A stretch of 25,818 nt of DNA, taken from positions 1 through 25,818 of IMG/VR virus record IMGVR_UViG_3300045955_000368; one strand, 5' to 3'. The position numbers were made by a program, and so were the translations under genes. This document shows, piece by piece, positions 6,982 to 15,722 of the stretch (the stretch's first letter is position 1; each line of letters starts with the position of its first letter). The notes under the pieces were generated by a model. The model saw nothing but the letters and a program-made list of their open reading frames with translations, was not told where the DNA came from and ran no database searches. The stretch is from a virus. Its lineage: Duplodnaviria; Caudoviricetes.

Positions 6982-7242
6982 ATGTCCGCACCACTCAGTT
7001 CCAAAAAGCTCCGGGAGTTGCGTGAGACGCCGACGACCGGCAACCGCATCGCGAAAGCGATCGACCTGGCCGGCGTGCAGCAGCAGGAGATCGAAGTCGC
7101 GACGGGCCTGACGCAGCCGTACATCTCAGACGTGGCGCGGAATCGCTACCGCACCATCACGGTCGACAACGCGCACAAGTTCGCCGAGTACTTCGGCTGT
7201 CAAATCGAGGACCTCTTTCCGTCGCGTGAGGCGGTGGCGTGA
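6982..7242 (+). CDS. cro: Cro-like XRE HTH regulator
   Basis: NRIAKA..AGVQQQEIEVATGLTQPYISDV.R...ITVDNA.K.A.YFGCQIEDLF; first gene of the rightward operon. Confidence 0.85.
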   Translation: MSAPLSSKKLRELRETPTTGNRIAKAIDLAGVQQQEIEVATGLTQPYISDVARNRYRTITVDNAHKFAEYFGCQIEDLFPSREAVA

Positions 7243-7667
7243 GCACGCAGCGCCGCCTCGAATCGGATGCGCCGCGCGCGCAGGAGTCCGAGCGCGCGCT
7301 CCACGCCGCGAAAGAGCGCGGCCAGCTCGGGTACGTCGGCGATCCGATGCCCGCGACGCTCGGCGACAGCGCGCTCGCGGAGCGGATCCCGCTCGCGCTG
7401 TCGTCCTTCTACAGGCACAAGCGGCTCGGGCACTTCAAGTTCCTCGAACTGCAGCGGCAGCTCGTCGGCGGCAACACGCTCTACAGCGGGGCGCTGGTGC
7501 AGCGCTGGCTGAACGGGGAGGACGTGCCGGACGCGCCGGCGGCGGTGCGTCGGTTCTTCGGAGGCGCGCGGCGGAACCCGGTGGAGGCAGCCCCGCGTCG
7601 GGGACGCCCCGGCCGGCCCAAAACGGCGGTCGCGATGGTCGCTCACGACGGGAGTGTGTCGCGATGA
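7239..7667 (+). CDS. Winged-HTH protein, excisionase/AlpA-like candidate
   Basis: LGDSALAERIPLALSSFYRH.R.G.F...G.TLYS...V.RWL pattern; position after cro. Confidence 0.55.
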   Translation: MSTQRRLESDAPRAQESERALHAAKERGQLGYVGDPMPATLGDSALAERIPLALSSFYRHKRLGHFKFLELQRQLVGGNTLYSGALVQRWLNGEDVPDAPAAVRRFFGGARRNPVEAAPRRGRPGRPKTAVAMVAHDGSVSR

Positions 7668-8176
7668 CGCCCCCGAATGCACCGCGCGAAAGTTCAGTGA
7701 ACCGGAACGTCTTTCCCATCGATCTCGACGAAGTCGTGCGCGCCGAGATCGAGGCCGCGCAGGAACGCGGCCACACGATCAAGAGCATCGCCTTCGACTC
7801 CGGCCTGGAGGCCTGGAAGCTCTACGAGATCTGCGCCGGAAAGCGGCGGCTGGCGGTCAACGAGATCGCCCCGCTGGTGAGAGCGATCGGATCGGTGCGC
7901 TGTCTCGATGCGCTGGCCCGGTCGTGCGGTGAGCACGGCTACCTGATCATCCCGAATCGATCGGCGGCCAGCGGGCTCGATCCGTTCGCCGAGCTGGTAG
8001 ACATCTTCGCCGAGGCCGGCCGGTTGGCGTACGTGCTCCGGACCCACGCCGAGCAGCGGGATCCGGTCTCCATGCGCGCCGTGCTCGATGCCGCGCGGGT
8101 GCTGCAGACGGAGCTCGCCGAGTTCGTCCACGCGGCCGAAGCGACCGCACCCTCGCAGCTGAAGGCGGTCCGATGA
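7664..8176 (+). CDS. CII-like phage regulatory protein
   Basis: ATGA overlap; IKSIA..SGL....LY......RRL...EI..L....G....LDALA...G pattern; position after cro. Confidence 0.6.
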   Translation: MTPPNAPRESSVNRNVFPIDLDEVVRAEIEAAQERGHTIKSIAFDSGLEAWKLYEICAGKRRLAVNEIAPLVRAIGSVRCLDALARSCGEHGYLIIPNRSAASGLDPFAELVDIFAEAGRLAYVLRTHAEQRDPVSMRAVLDAARVLQTELAEFVHAAEATAPSQLKAVR

Positions 8177-8388
8177 ATCTGCGGTGCTGGATCTTCGGTC
8201 ATGCCCTCAGTGCGCCGGTCGCACTCGCGCCGCACGTCCTCGGTGTGAAGTGCAACGAGTGCGACTGGCAGAGTCCCGGGATCGATGTGACCCCGCGGCC
8301 GGTGGCTGCGCGCTGGGACCGTGCGCACAGCTACTGGTCGACGCCGCGGGGGCAGGCGTGGCTCAACGGTGATCGGAGTGCCGCATGA
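8173..8388 (+). CDS. Small Zn-binding prophage protein (CxxFGH...CxxC)
   Basis: MNLRCWIFGH...KCNECD; ATGA overlap. Confidence 0.7.
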   Translation: MNLRCWIFGHALSAPVALAPHVLGVKCNECDWQSPGIDVTPRPVAARWDRAHSYWSTPRGQAWLNGDRSAA

Positions 8389-8555
8389 CGGACACCCTCG
8401 TCGTCACGTTGTCGGTCGTCAGCGGACTCGGCGCCGGCGCGCTGGCGGCGTTGGTGATCCAGGTGAAGCGACGGATCCAGTTCGCGATCCGCTGCTGGCG
8501 GGTGCGGCAGGAACTGCGCGCGGTCGCGCGCGAGGGGTTCAGCGAGTTGCGGTAG
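8385..8555 (+). CDS. Small single-TM protein, 56 aa (absent from ORF track)
   Basis: ATG 8385 overlaps previous TGA; MTDTLVVTLSVVSGLGAGALAALVIQVKRR...; TAG 8553-8555. Confidence 0.65.
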   Translation: MTDTLVVTLSVVSGLGAGALAALVIQVKRRIQFAIRCWRVRQELRAVAREGFSELR

Positions 8556-8571
8556 GGCACGGAAACACGAA

Positions 8572-8603
8572 GGGCCTGCGCGCTGGATCAGAGCGGCAGG
8601 CCC
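8572..8603 (+). other. Intergenic stem-loop
   Basis: GGGCCTGC-G-CGCT-GGATCAG-AGCG-GCAGGCCC; no U-tract. Confidence 0.55.
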
Positions 8604-8627
8604 CGTCACTGAGGTGGAAGAACCGAT

Positions 8628-9206
8628 ATGAGGACTTCATCTTCGCAGAGCATCGACACCATGTCAACCAAGCCGGACCTGCCGTGTACCTCGGCCTCGA
8701 TTCAAGCGGCGAAGGAGCACCAGGTCCGCGCGCGCGCGGAGGTCGTGCAGCTGCTGCCGCCCGCGGCGCGCGCGCGAATGGTCGACGCGTTCCTCGCGGA
8801 TGACGCCGACGTCGGGCGGCGGACGCAGGAGCCGTGGCAGGCCCTGCAGCGGCAGGAAGCGTACGAGGTCGACGCGGTCGCACAGGCCGCGCTCCAGATC
8901 CTCTTCGGCACCCGCGCTGGCTTCACGCCGCGGCAGGCCTCGGATCTCGAGCAGGCGTCGACCTACCTGGTGCGCCGGATCCAGCCGGCCTTCATGCAGC
9001 ACGCGCACGCGTGGGCGACCGAGACGCTGCTGTCGCACGTCGAGTTCAAGGTCGCCGTCGGGCACCGGCCGATCATCGAGCAGCGGATCATCGCCTCGCG
9101 GATCGTCGAGATGGTGCGGGCGTCGGTCCACGCGGTGCTCGAAGCCCACACGCCGATTCAGCCCGGCATCTACCTGCGGGCGGCGCAGACGCGAGGTGGC
9201 AAGTGA
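8628..9206 (+). CDS. Hypothetical protein
   Basis: GC3-rich ORF whose stop overlaps the next start; start could also be ATG 8661. Confidence 0.75.
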   Translation: MRTSSSQSIDTMSTKPDLPCTSASIQAAKEHQVRARAEVVQLLPPAARARMVDAFLADDADVGRRTQEPWQALQRQEAYEVDAVAQAALQILFGTRAGFTPRQASDLEQASTYLVRRIQPAFMQHAHAWATETLLSHVEFKVAVGHRPIIEQRIIASRIVEMVRASVHAVLEAHTPIQPGIYLRAAQTRGGK

Positions 9207-10291
9207 ACGCCTACGACGAGCAGGAAGAAGTTCAGGCCTCTCTGTCGACGCTCGGCGGCGCCGCTGAGATCGACGTCCAGGTCAGCACGGCGCGCCGCTA
9301 TCCGCGGTCGGTCTCGCAGTTCGTGAAGAAGGCCACCGAGCTGGCGACGCTGTCCCCCGAGATTGCCGCCGCCTGCGTCTACGCGTTGCCACGGAAGGAA
9401 AACGGCAGGGCGAAGACGATCGAGGGCCCGTCGGCGCGCTTCGCGGAAATCATGGCGTCGGCCTGGACGAACATGCGCGCGGAAGGCAAGACGATCGGCA
9501 ACGACGGCCAGTTCGTCACGTCGCGCGGGACCGCGTGGGACGTCGAAAACAACGTCGCCATCGCCTTCGAGGTCCAGCGGCGGATCACCGATCGCAACGG
9601 CAAGACCTACACCGACGACATGATCTCGGTGACCGGCAACGCCGGCGCGTCGGTGGCGCTCCGCAACGCGATCCTGAAGGTCATTCCGACGGCCTTCTGG
9701 AAGCCCATCTACAACGACTGCCGCAAGGTGATCGCGGGCGACGTGCGGACGTTCGCCGCGCGCCGCGACGACATGCTGAAGCACTTCAACGTGATGGGCG
9801 TCACGACCGAGCGGCTGCTGTCGTCGATCGGGCTGGGCGGCGTGGAGGACATCACCCTGGATCACATCGTGACGCTGCGCGGCATCTTCAACGCGCTGAA
9901 GGAAGGCGAGACATCGATCGAGGAAGCCTTCCCTGAAGGCGGCGGTCTCGGCGCGCCGCAGGCGTCGGTCCGGAAGTCGCAGGCGGCGACCACGCCGCCG
10001 GCCGCCGACACCAAGCCGGCCGAACCGGCGGCGCAGACGGCATCGACGACGGCACCCGCGGCGGCCGCGGATCCCACGGTCGGCAAGATCGTGTCGATCG
10101 ACGAACGGTCCGGCGCCTTCATGGTGAAGCTCGACACCGGCTACCTCTGCTCGACGCGTGACGTGGATGTCGTCGCGGATCTCCGCATTCACGAGAAGGA
10201 AGGCGCGCGCGTGGCGCTGACATGCACGCCGTCCAGTGATCCGAAGAAGTACGCGCCGAGGCTGGCCAGCTTCAAGGGGTTGGACTCGTGA
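9203..10291 (+). CDS. Putative single-strand annealing/recombination protein
   Basis: GAGGTGG RBS, GTG 9203; QVSTARRYPRS..YALPR..IEGPSARFAE motifs; Ala/Pro linker and small C-terminal beta domain; directly upstream of exonuclease. Confidence 0.6.
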   Translation: MNAYDEQEEVQASLSTLGGAAEIDVQVSTARRYPRSVSQFVKKATELATLSPEIAAACVYALPRKENGRAKTIEGPSARFAEIMASAWTNMRAEGKTIGNDGQFVTSRGTAWDVENNVAIAFEVQRRITDRNGKTYTDDMISVTGNAGASVALRNAILKVIPTAFWKPIYNDCRKVIAGDVRTFAARRDDMLKHFNVMGVTTERLLSSIGLGGVEDITLDHIVTLRGIFNALKEGETSIEEAFPEGGGLGAPQASVRKSQAATTPPAADTKPAEPAAQTASTTAPAAAADPTVGKIVSIDERSGAFMVKLDTGYLCSTRDVDVVADLRIHEKEGARVALTCTPSSDPKKYAPRLASFKGLDS

Positions 10292-10953
10292 CGGCCACCG
10301 CGACAGCGGCGGCGCTCAGTTTCGATGCCGAGCGCCATGAATACCGGCTGGACGACGGACGGATCGTCCCGTCGGTCACCCAGGTGCTGCACGCCGTGGG
10401 CATCGCCACGGACTTCGAGGCGATCGCGGCGAAGTCGTCGAAGCTCGCGGAGGCGATCGAGTTTCGCCGGGCGCTGGGCACCGCCGTGCACGCCGATTGC
10501 CACGCCTACGACGACAACGACATCGAATGGGACGCCGTCGACGAGCGCGTCCATCCCTACGTCGAGGCGTGGGCGATGTACCGGAAGAATGCCGGGCTGA
10601 CGCCGATCGCGCGCGAGCGGCGGATCTTCCTGCCCGCCCTGCACGTCGCGGGCACGCTCGACGGCGTCTTCGAGAACACCCGCGGCCGGCTCGTGCTCGT
10701 CGACATCAAGCTGGGCGATCCAGAGGATGCCGGCGCGGCCTTCCAGACCGCCGCCTACGAGGCCGGGTATCTCCTCGATCACCCGGACCGTCCGATCGAG
10801 GAACGGTGGGCTGTGCGCCTCCAACCCGAGCGCGCGATTCCCTACAGCGTCACGAACTACAGCGGCCGTCCGCAGTCGTGGCGGGACTTTCAGATTTTTC
10901 AGGCCGCCGTCAGCGTCTACGGCGCGCAGGCCGCCAGGAGGTCGCAGCGATGA
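10288..10953 (+). CDS. PD-(D/E)XK phage exonuclease
   Basis: H.Y...G..VPSVTQVL, GTAVH, AGTLD, LVDIK.G, Q.AAY motifs. Confidence 0.9.
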   Translation: MTATATAAALSFDAERHEYRLDDGRIVPSVTQVLHAVGIATDFEAIAAKSSKLAEAIEFRRALGTAVHADCHAYDDNDIEWDAVDERVHPYVEAWAMYRKNAGLTPIARERRIFLPALHVAGTLDGVFENTRGRLVLVDIKLGDPEDAGAAFQTAAYEAGYLLDHPDRPIEERWAVRLQPERAIPYSVTNYSGRPQSWRDFQIFQAAVSVYGAQAARRSQR

Positions 10954-11861
10954 GCGACATGCTCGAACTCGAACCGGAACCCGACGTCGCCCTCGACATC
11001 GAACCCGAACCCGAGGCTGATCCGGCCCCGGAGCCGCGCGGCACGGTCGTGCCGTTCCCGGTGGCGCAGGTGCTGCCGTCGGACTTCCCGCTGCCGGTGC
11101 TGACACGCTTCCTGCCCGACGTGGCGCTGCGGCGCGCGACGGACGAAGCCGCGGCCTACGCGCTGAGCGTGGAGGTGTCCGGGCCGGAAGGTCTTCAGCG
11201 TGCCGATGGCGCCGTCACGGCTCTCCGGGCAAGCCTGAAGGCCATCGAGGACCACTTCGACGAACCGGTGGCGATCGCCAACCGCCTGCACAAGCAGCTG
11301 ACCGGCGTGCGCGGCGATTGGCTGGAGCGCGGGCTGGCGGCGGTGCGCACGGTGGGCCAGCGCATCTACACCGAGAAGCAGCGGCTCGACGCGATCGAGC
11401 GCGAGGCGCGACGGAAGGCGCAGGAGGAAGCGGATCGGCTCGCCCGCGAGGTGGCCCGGAAGGCCGCGGAGGAGGCGGCGAAGGCGCAAGCGCCGAAGCA
11501 GGTCGTCGAGGAGATGCGGCGCCAGGCCGAGACGGCGACCGCGCCCCCGGTGCCCGTGACCGCGCCGGCGCCGAAGCTGCAGGGCGTCAGCACGGTGACG
11601 ACGTGGAAGGCGCGGATCGCCGGCACACCGCCCTGCGACGAGCCGCTCCCGGAGACCGAGGACCTGTCACCCACCCAGCGGCTCGAAGTCCTGAAGCTGC
11701 TGAAGGCCATCATCGACGGGCGCGCGCCGATGGCGTGCATCGTGTTGAACGCCACCTATCTGAACAAGCGGGCGAAGGCCGACAAGAGCACGCTGCAGAT
11801 CCCAGGGATCGAGGCGTTCGACGAGGGCGGCGTGCGCGCGAAGGGCACGCGCGCGAAGTAG
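10950..11861 (+). CDS. Coiled-coil phage protein in recombination module
   Basis: AGGAGG RBS, ATGA overlap; long E/A/R/K coiled coil; C-terminal LNKRAKA....IPGIE. Confidence 0.8.
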   Translation: MSDMLELEPEPDVALDIEPEPEADPAPEPRGTVVPFPVAQVLPSDFPLPVLTRFLPDVALRRATDEAAAYALSVEVSGPEGLQRADGAVTALRASLKAIEDHFDEPVAIANRLHKQLTGVRGDWLERGLAAVRTVGQRIYTEKQRLDAIEREARRKAQEEADRLAREVARKAAEEAAKAQAPKQVVEEMRRQAETATAPPVPVTAPAPKLQGVSTVTTWKARIAGTPPCDEPLPETEDLSPTQRLEVLKLLKAIIDGRAPMACIVLNATYLNKRAKADKSTLQIPGIEAFDEGGVRAKGTRAK

Positions 11862-11871
11862 GGCCGCCGCG

Positions 11872-12318
11872 ATGTTCACCGACCTGACGTTCTCTGGCGA
11901 CGTGACCGACGGCAAGTTGACGCTGTCGGACGAGGCGAGCTATCGCCGGCAGATGCGGCAGTTCAAATCCGGGAAGGTCACGATCCGGATCGAGGTCGAT
12001 CGCGGGAAGCGGTCGAACCAGGCGAACCGGTATCTCTGGCTGATCTACAACCTCATCGCCGATTCAACCGGCGACGACCCTAACTCGCTGCACGACTTCT
12101 TCAAGCGGCGATTTCTGCCGCCGCTGGTGGTCACGGTGCTCGGGCAGGAGCTCGAGGTCTGGTCGACCGCGGGGCAGGATCCGGAGGCGTTCGACACGTA
12201 CGTCAAGCACGTCCGCCAGTTCGCGCTCGACGAGCTCGGCGTCGCGACGCCCGATCCGGATCCGGCGCTGCGCGGCCGGACGCGTCATCACGCGCGCGAC
12301 AAGGTGCGTGCCGCATGA
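11872..12318 (+). CDS. NinB/Orf-like recombination protein
   Basis: KRS.Q.NRYLW....IA...G....LH..FK..FL and ST....F..Y motifs. Confidence 0.7.
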   Translation: MFTDLTFSGDVTDGKLTLSDEASYRRQMRQFKSGKVTIRIEVDRGKRSNQANRYLWLIYNLIADSTGDDPNSLHDFFKRRFLPPLVVTVLGQELEVWSTAGQDPEAFDTYVKHVRQFALDELGVATPDPDPALRGRTRHHARDKVRAA

Positions 12319-12683
12319 ACCGCGCGACCTTCAAGGCCGGCGATCGCGTCCAGCGCGGAGCGGATCGTGGGGTGGTGCGTCAGTGTCGGACAGCCGACGG
12401 CGCGACGACGATGCGCGACGGTCGGCCGTATCTCAAGGTCTACATCACGGACGGCCCGGCGAAAGGCTCATGGGACTGGCCGGATCGCTGGCTGCGCGAA
12501 GAGGAGACGGAGGACCGCCGTCCGGTTGAAGCGCCCGAGCCGCGCCTGATGCTGAACAACTGCCAGCGGTGCGGCCGGTACAAGTACGTCCTCTGCCTCT
12601 CGGGCCCCTGGTCGTACCTCTGTGGGCGGTGCCACCGCGAACTGACAGCGGCGCCGGTCGCGGGCGCGAAAGCGAGCGCCTAA
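12315..12683 (+). CDS. Hypothetical protein with SH3-like N-terminus and CxxC...CxxC Zn finger
   Basis: FKAGDRV...G.V; CQRC...CGRC; ATGA overlap. Confidence 0.7.
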   Translation: MNRATFKAGDRVQRGADRGVVRQCRTADGATTMRDGRPYLKVYITDGPAKGSWDWPDRWLREEETEDRRPVEAPEPRLMLNNCQRCGRYKYVLCLSGPWSYLCGRCHRELTAAPVAGAKASA

Positions 12684-12685
12684 TC

Positions 12686-12907
12686 ATGCGACTCCTGCGC
12701 TGGCCGAAGACGTCCGTCCCGCTCTCCGTGGCTGACGAGATCACGCGGGCGAACGTCGAACGAGCGATGCGGGTCATGGAGCGCCATCGGACATGGGACT
12801 ACCGCCGCGGCTATCGCGCGGGGCGCACGGATGGTTTCCTGATCGGCTTCGCGGTCGCGGCGGTCGTAGTGGCGCTCGGCATGTTGCTGATGGGAGCGAT
12901 CGGGTGA
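12686..12907 (+). CDS. Small protein with C-terminal TM helix
   Basis: ATG 12686; FLIGFAVAAVVVALGMLLMG; stop overlaps next GTG. Confidence 0.65.
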   Translation: MRLLRWPKTSVPLSVADEITRANVERAMRVMERHRTWDYRRGYRAGRTDGFLIGFAVAAVVVALGMLLMGAIG

Positions 12908-13374
12908 GCGTCAACTACGTGCGTCCCGCGTTCTCCCCCTGCGATCCGAAACCGCCCCGAGGGACGTTCAAGCGCGAACGGATGGATCGCCAGGAGAGGG
13001 CTGACGCCCGCGAGTCCGCGAACAAGACGAAGGTGCGGAAGCGCGACGGCCATTGTCGGTGGCCGCACCTGACGCCGGAAGCGCGCGAGCTCTGCCGACG
13101 CGAGCGGAGCGAAGTCGCGCACTTGACCCACAAGGGGGCCGGCGGCGATCCGCAGACGCTGCGCTCGAAACCGGATCGGATGATCCACGTCTGCAAGCCG
13201 ACGCACCAAGGCCCGGGCAGCTTGCACGCGGGCGATCGGAAGGTGGTCTTCCTGACGCCGCAGAAAGCGGAGGGTCCGCTCGCGTTCCTCGAACGCCGCG
13301 GCCGCGATCGATGGGCGGAGATCGGCCGGGAGATTTTCGTCGGAGTGCTGGCGCCGGCGCGCCAGCGGGAGTAG
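12904..13374 (+). CDS. HNH-like nuclease
   Basis: V..RDG.C....C....EVAH....G.GG......I.VC..H...H pattern. Confidence 0.7.
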   Translation: MSVNYVRPAFSPCDPKPPRGTFKRERMDRQERADARESANKTKVRKRDGHCRWPHLTPEARELCRRERSEVAHLTHKGAGGDPQTLRSKPDRMIHVCKPTHQGPGSLHAGDRKVVFLTPQKAEGPLAFLERRGRDRWAEIGREIFVGVLAPARQRE

Positions 13375-13379
13375 CAAGG

Positions 13380-13682
13380 GTGCCCTACACCGATTCTGGT
13401 CTTCCGTTCTCCGGTCTGACGCCGCAGTCCGCGCATGCCTCGCGCGCCGGCGCTGAGGATGCCGCGGCGCGTGCCCTGCCGCAGACGGTTCGCTACCTCG
13501 CGCTGCTGAAATCCAGATCGCAGGGCTGCACGGATGCGGAGGCGGCGGACCTCCTTGGACTCGAGCGGTCGAGCGTCAACGCGCGCCGGGTGCCGCTGGT
13601 GAAGGCGTGGCTCGTCTACGCGGACGGCTTCCGTCCTGGACCGACCGGCAAGGTGAAGAACACCGTGTGGAAGGCGGCGTAG
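13380..13682 (+). CDS. Winged-HTH DNA-binding protein
   Basis: G.TD.E....LGL..SSV.ARR..LV....V...G.R....G....VW; GGGAG RBS before GTG 13380. Confidence 0.75.
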   Translation: MPYTDSGLPFSGLTPQSAHASRAGAEDAAARALPQTVRYLALLKSRSQGCTDAEAADLLGLERSSVNARRVPLVKAWLVYADGFRPGPTGKVKNTVWKAA

Positions 13683-14465
13683 ATGGGCCGTCCAGGGCTC
13701 TCGATTCACCGGAAGTTCCGACGCCTGGCGCGGGCGCTCGGCTCGGCGATCGTCGCCCGCGGCGTGCTCGAGTTGATGTGGGACGCCGCTTACGAATCCG
13801 GGGACATCTACATTGGAACGGCGGACGATCTCGCCGCGGCGGTCGGGTGGACGGACGATCCTGACACCCTGGCCCGGGCTCTAGCCGATTCCGGCCAGCC
13901 CGAGGGACAGGGGTTCATCGAACCGATCCCGACGGCGGACGGAGCGCCGCGGCGGTTCCGGATTCACGATCTCTGGCATCACGCCCCGGATTACGTGAAG
14001 AAGCGGCACTCGCGCGAGATGGACAGGCGGCGACGGTCGGCGCCGGACGGCGCCGAGTCTGGCCGACTTCAGTACGACCAGGCGGGAGATGGCCGCACTC
14101 CCTCACCCTCACCCGCACCCTCACCCGCACAAGCTCCCTCACCCGTGGAAGACATCAGCCCCGTGCTGCTGGTGTTTCCGACCGTCGGTCCAGGCGGATC
14201 AGAGTGGCGCCTTCGTCGCAGGCAGGTGGACGAATGGCAAGCCGCGTATCCGAGCCTGCAGGTGGAAGCGGAGTGTCGACGGGCGTTGTCGTGGGTCAAC
14301 GCGAACACGGGCCACCGGAAGACGGCCAAGGGGATGCCGAAGTTCCTGAACGGATGGTTGGCGCGCGCGAATGATCGCGGCGGCGGGGCCTATGCGGGTC
14401 CGGCGGCGAAGTCGGCGGGCAACCTCGGCAGTCTCGGTAACTTCGCCAGAGGAGGATCACGGTGA
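13683..14465 (+). CDS. Phage replication initiator (replisome organiser)
   Basis: N-terminal HRKF..LA..LG..G..LW..IHD.W domain, PSPSP linker, C-terminal helical domain ending FLNGWL; upstream of loader. Confidence 0.75.
   Translation: MGRPGLSIHRKFRRLARALGSAIVARGVLELMWDAAYESGDIYIGTADDLAAAVGWTDDPDTLARALADSGQPEGQGFIEPIPTADGAPRRFRIHDLWHHAPDYVKKRHSREMDRRRRSAPDGAESGRLQYDQAGDGRTPSPSPAPSPAQAPSPVEDISPVLLVFPTVGPGGSEWRLRRRQVDEWQAAYPSLQVEAECRRALSWVNANTGHRKTAKGMPKFLNGWLARANDRGGGAYAGPAAKSAGNLGSLGNFARGGSR
14100..14145 (+). repeat. Four CCCTCACCC repeats in initiator linker
   Basis: Copies start at 14100, 14106, 14118 and 14136. Confidence 0.7.
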
Positions 14466-15046
14466 CGCACGCCGATCGGCCAGCGTTCGCCAAGGGCCTG
14501 TACGTGCTCGGCGAGACGTTCAACGAACCGGTGTCCGAGGTCCGGGCTGAGGCGTACTTCGACGCGCTCGCTGACCTGTCGGCGCCGGCGGTGCTCGAGG
14601 CGATCCGGAAGGCGGTCGCCGAGTGCCGATTCTTTCCGCGGCCGACGGAACTGCGCGAGATGGTGGCGGGCCGGCTCGAGGATCGCGCCGAGCTCGCGTG
14701 GATGGCGGTGCTCCGTCTCGTGCGGCGGCACGGCTATCCAGGCATCGACGGGCGGGGGAAGGCGCCGGACTTCCCAGACGATGCCACCAGGCGTGCGGCG
14801 CTGGAGCTCTACGGCGGGTGGGTGGCGCTGTGCGAACGGCTGCCAGGGGAAGGTCCGGAACTGCTCGGCGTCGCGAAGAACTTCCGGTCGGCGTACGCGG
14901 CGTACGTGCGCGCCGGCGCCGCCGTAGCCGCGGCGCTGCCGCCAGGCGAGACCGGACGCGAATTGTCGGCCGACGAGGCGCGCGCCGCGCTCGGGAGTCT
15001 GAAGGTGCAACTCGAGCGGCGCGGGTTGCCGACGGGGTCGCTGTGA
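14462..15046 (+). CDS. Helicase loader/loader-inhibitor-like protein
   Basis: Y...L.DL....V..A.......FFP.P.ELR motif; follows initiator; AGGA RBS and GTGA overlap. Confidence 0.7.
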   Translation: MTHADRPAFAKGLYVLGETFNEPVSEVRAEAYFDALADLSAPAVLEAIRKAVAECRFFPRPTELREMVAGRLEDRAELAWMAVLRLVRRHGYPGIDGRGKAPDFPDDATRRAALELYGGWVALCERLPGEGPELLGVAKNFRSAYAAYVRAGAAVAAALPPGETGRELSADEARAALGSLKVQLERRGLPTGSL

Positions 15047-15249
15047 TGGCGCCGCGGACTTGTCCGAACTGCGGCGTCGCCGAGTCCCGGTGGACGGCCG
15101 ACGGCCGCGAGCACGTCAACCTCGATCCGATCACGGGGAACTGCGTCGACTGCCTGCGGGAGTTGGCGAAAGAGACGCGCGCGACGGCGCCGGCCTCGCT
15201 GCCGTTCGATGTGCGCGCCGCGGCGGCGAACGATCGGAGCGAGGCGTGA
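15046..15249 (+). CDS. Small Zn-finger protein
   Basis: TGATG overlap; CPNC...CVDC. Confidence 0.7.
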   Translation: MAPRTCPNCGVAESRWTADGREHVNLDPITGNCVDCLRELAKETRATAPASLPFDVRAAAANDRSEA

Positions 15250-15722
15250 CCGAGCGCGTGCTCGAATTCACCGTCGCGGGCAAGGCGGCCACGAAGGGGA
15301 GCGGCCGCACCGTCGTCAGCAAGTCGACAGGTCGAGCGATCTACCTGCACGACAACCCGCGGACGAAGGATTGGCAGGCGGCGATCGGCTGGAGTGCCGC
15401 GGCGGCGATCCGCGCGCTCGGCGGCGGAATTCCGTTTCCAACAGGCCCGGTGTTCATGGCGGTGGTGTTCTACCTGCCGCGGCCGAAGTCGCTGCTGACG
15501 ACGCGGAAGGCACCGCTGGTGATCCCGCATGTGAAGAAGCCAGACGTCGACAAGACGCTCAGGGCCGCCTTCGATTCGCTGTCGGGCATCGCCTGGACGG
15601 ACGATTCGCAAGTCACCGACGTGATCGCCCGCAAGCGGTACTGCGCGGCCACCGAGTTTCCGCGCGCCGTGATCCGCGTGCGCGCCGCTGATGGAGGGGG
15701 AGGATTGTATGCACGAAGCTGA
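15246..15722 (+). CDS. rusA: RusA Holliday junction resolvase
   Basis: F.V.G....KG, F..PRP, KPDVDK..RA..DSL.GI.W.DDSQV. Confidence 0.93.
   Translation: MTERVLEFTVAGKAATKGSGRTVVSKSTGRAIYLHDNPRTKDWQAAIGWSAAAAIRALGGGIPFPTGPVFMAVVFYLPRPKSLLTTRKAPLVIPHVKKPDVDKTLRAAFDSLSGIAWTDDSQVTDVIARKRYCAATEFPRAVIRVRAADGGGGLYARS

Noticed and set aside
10288-10953. Cas4 or CRISPR association of the nuclease
   Set aside because: No Fe-S cysteine cluster, no cas genes and no repeat-spacer array in the window
10966-11035. GAACC(G/C) repeats
   Set aside because: Encode a low-complexity EPEP linker
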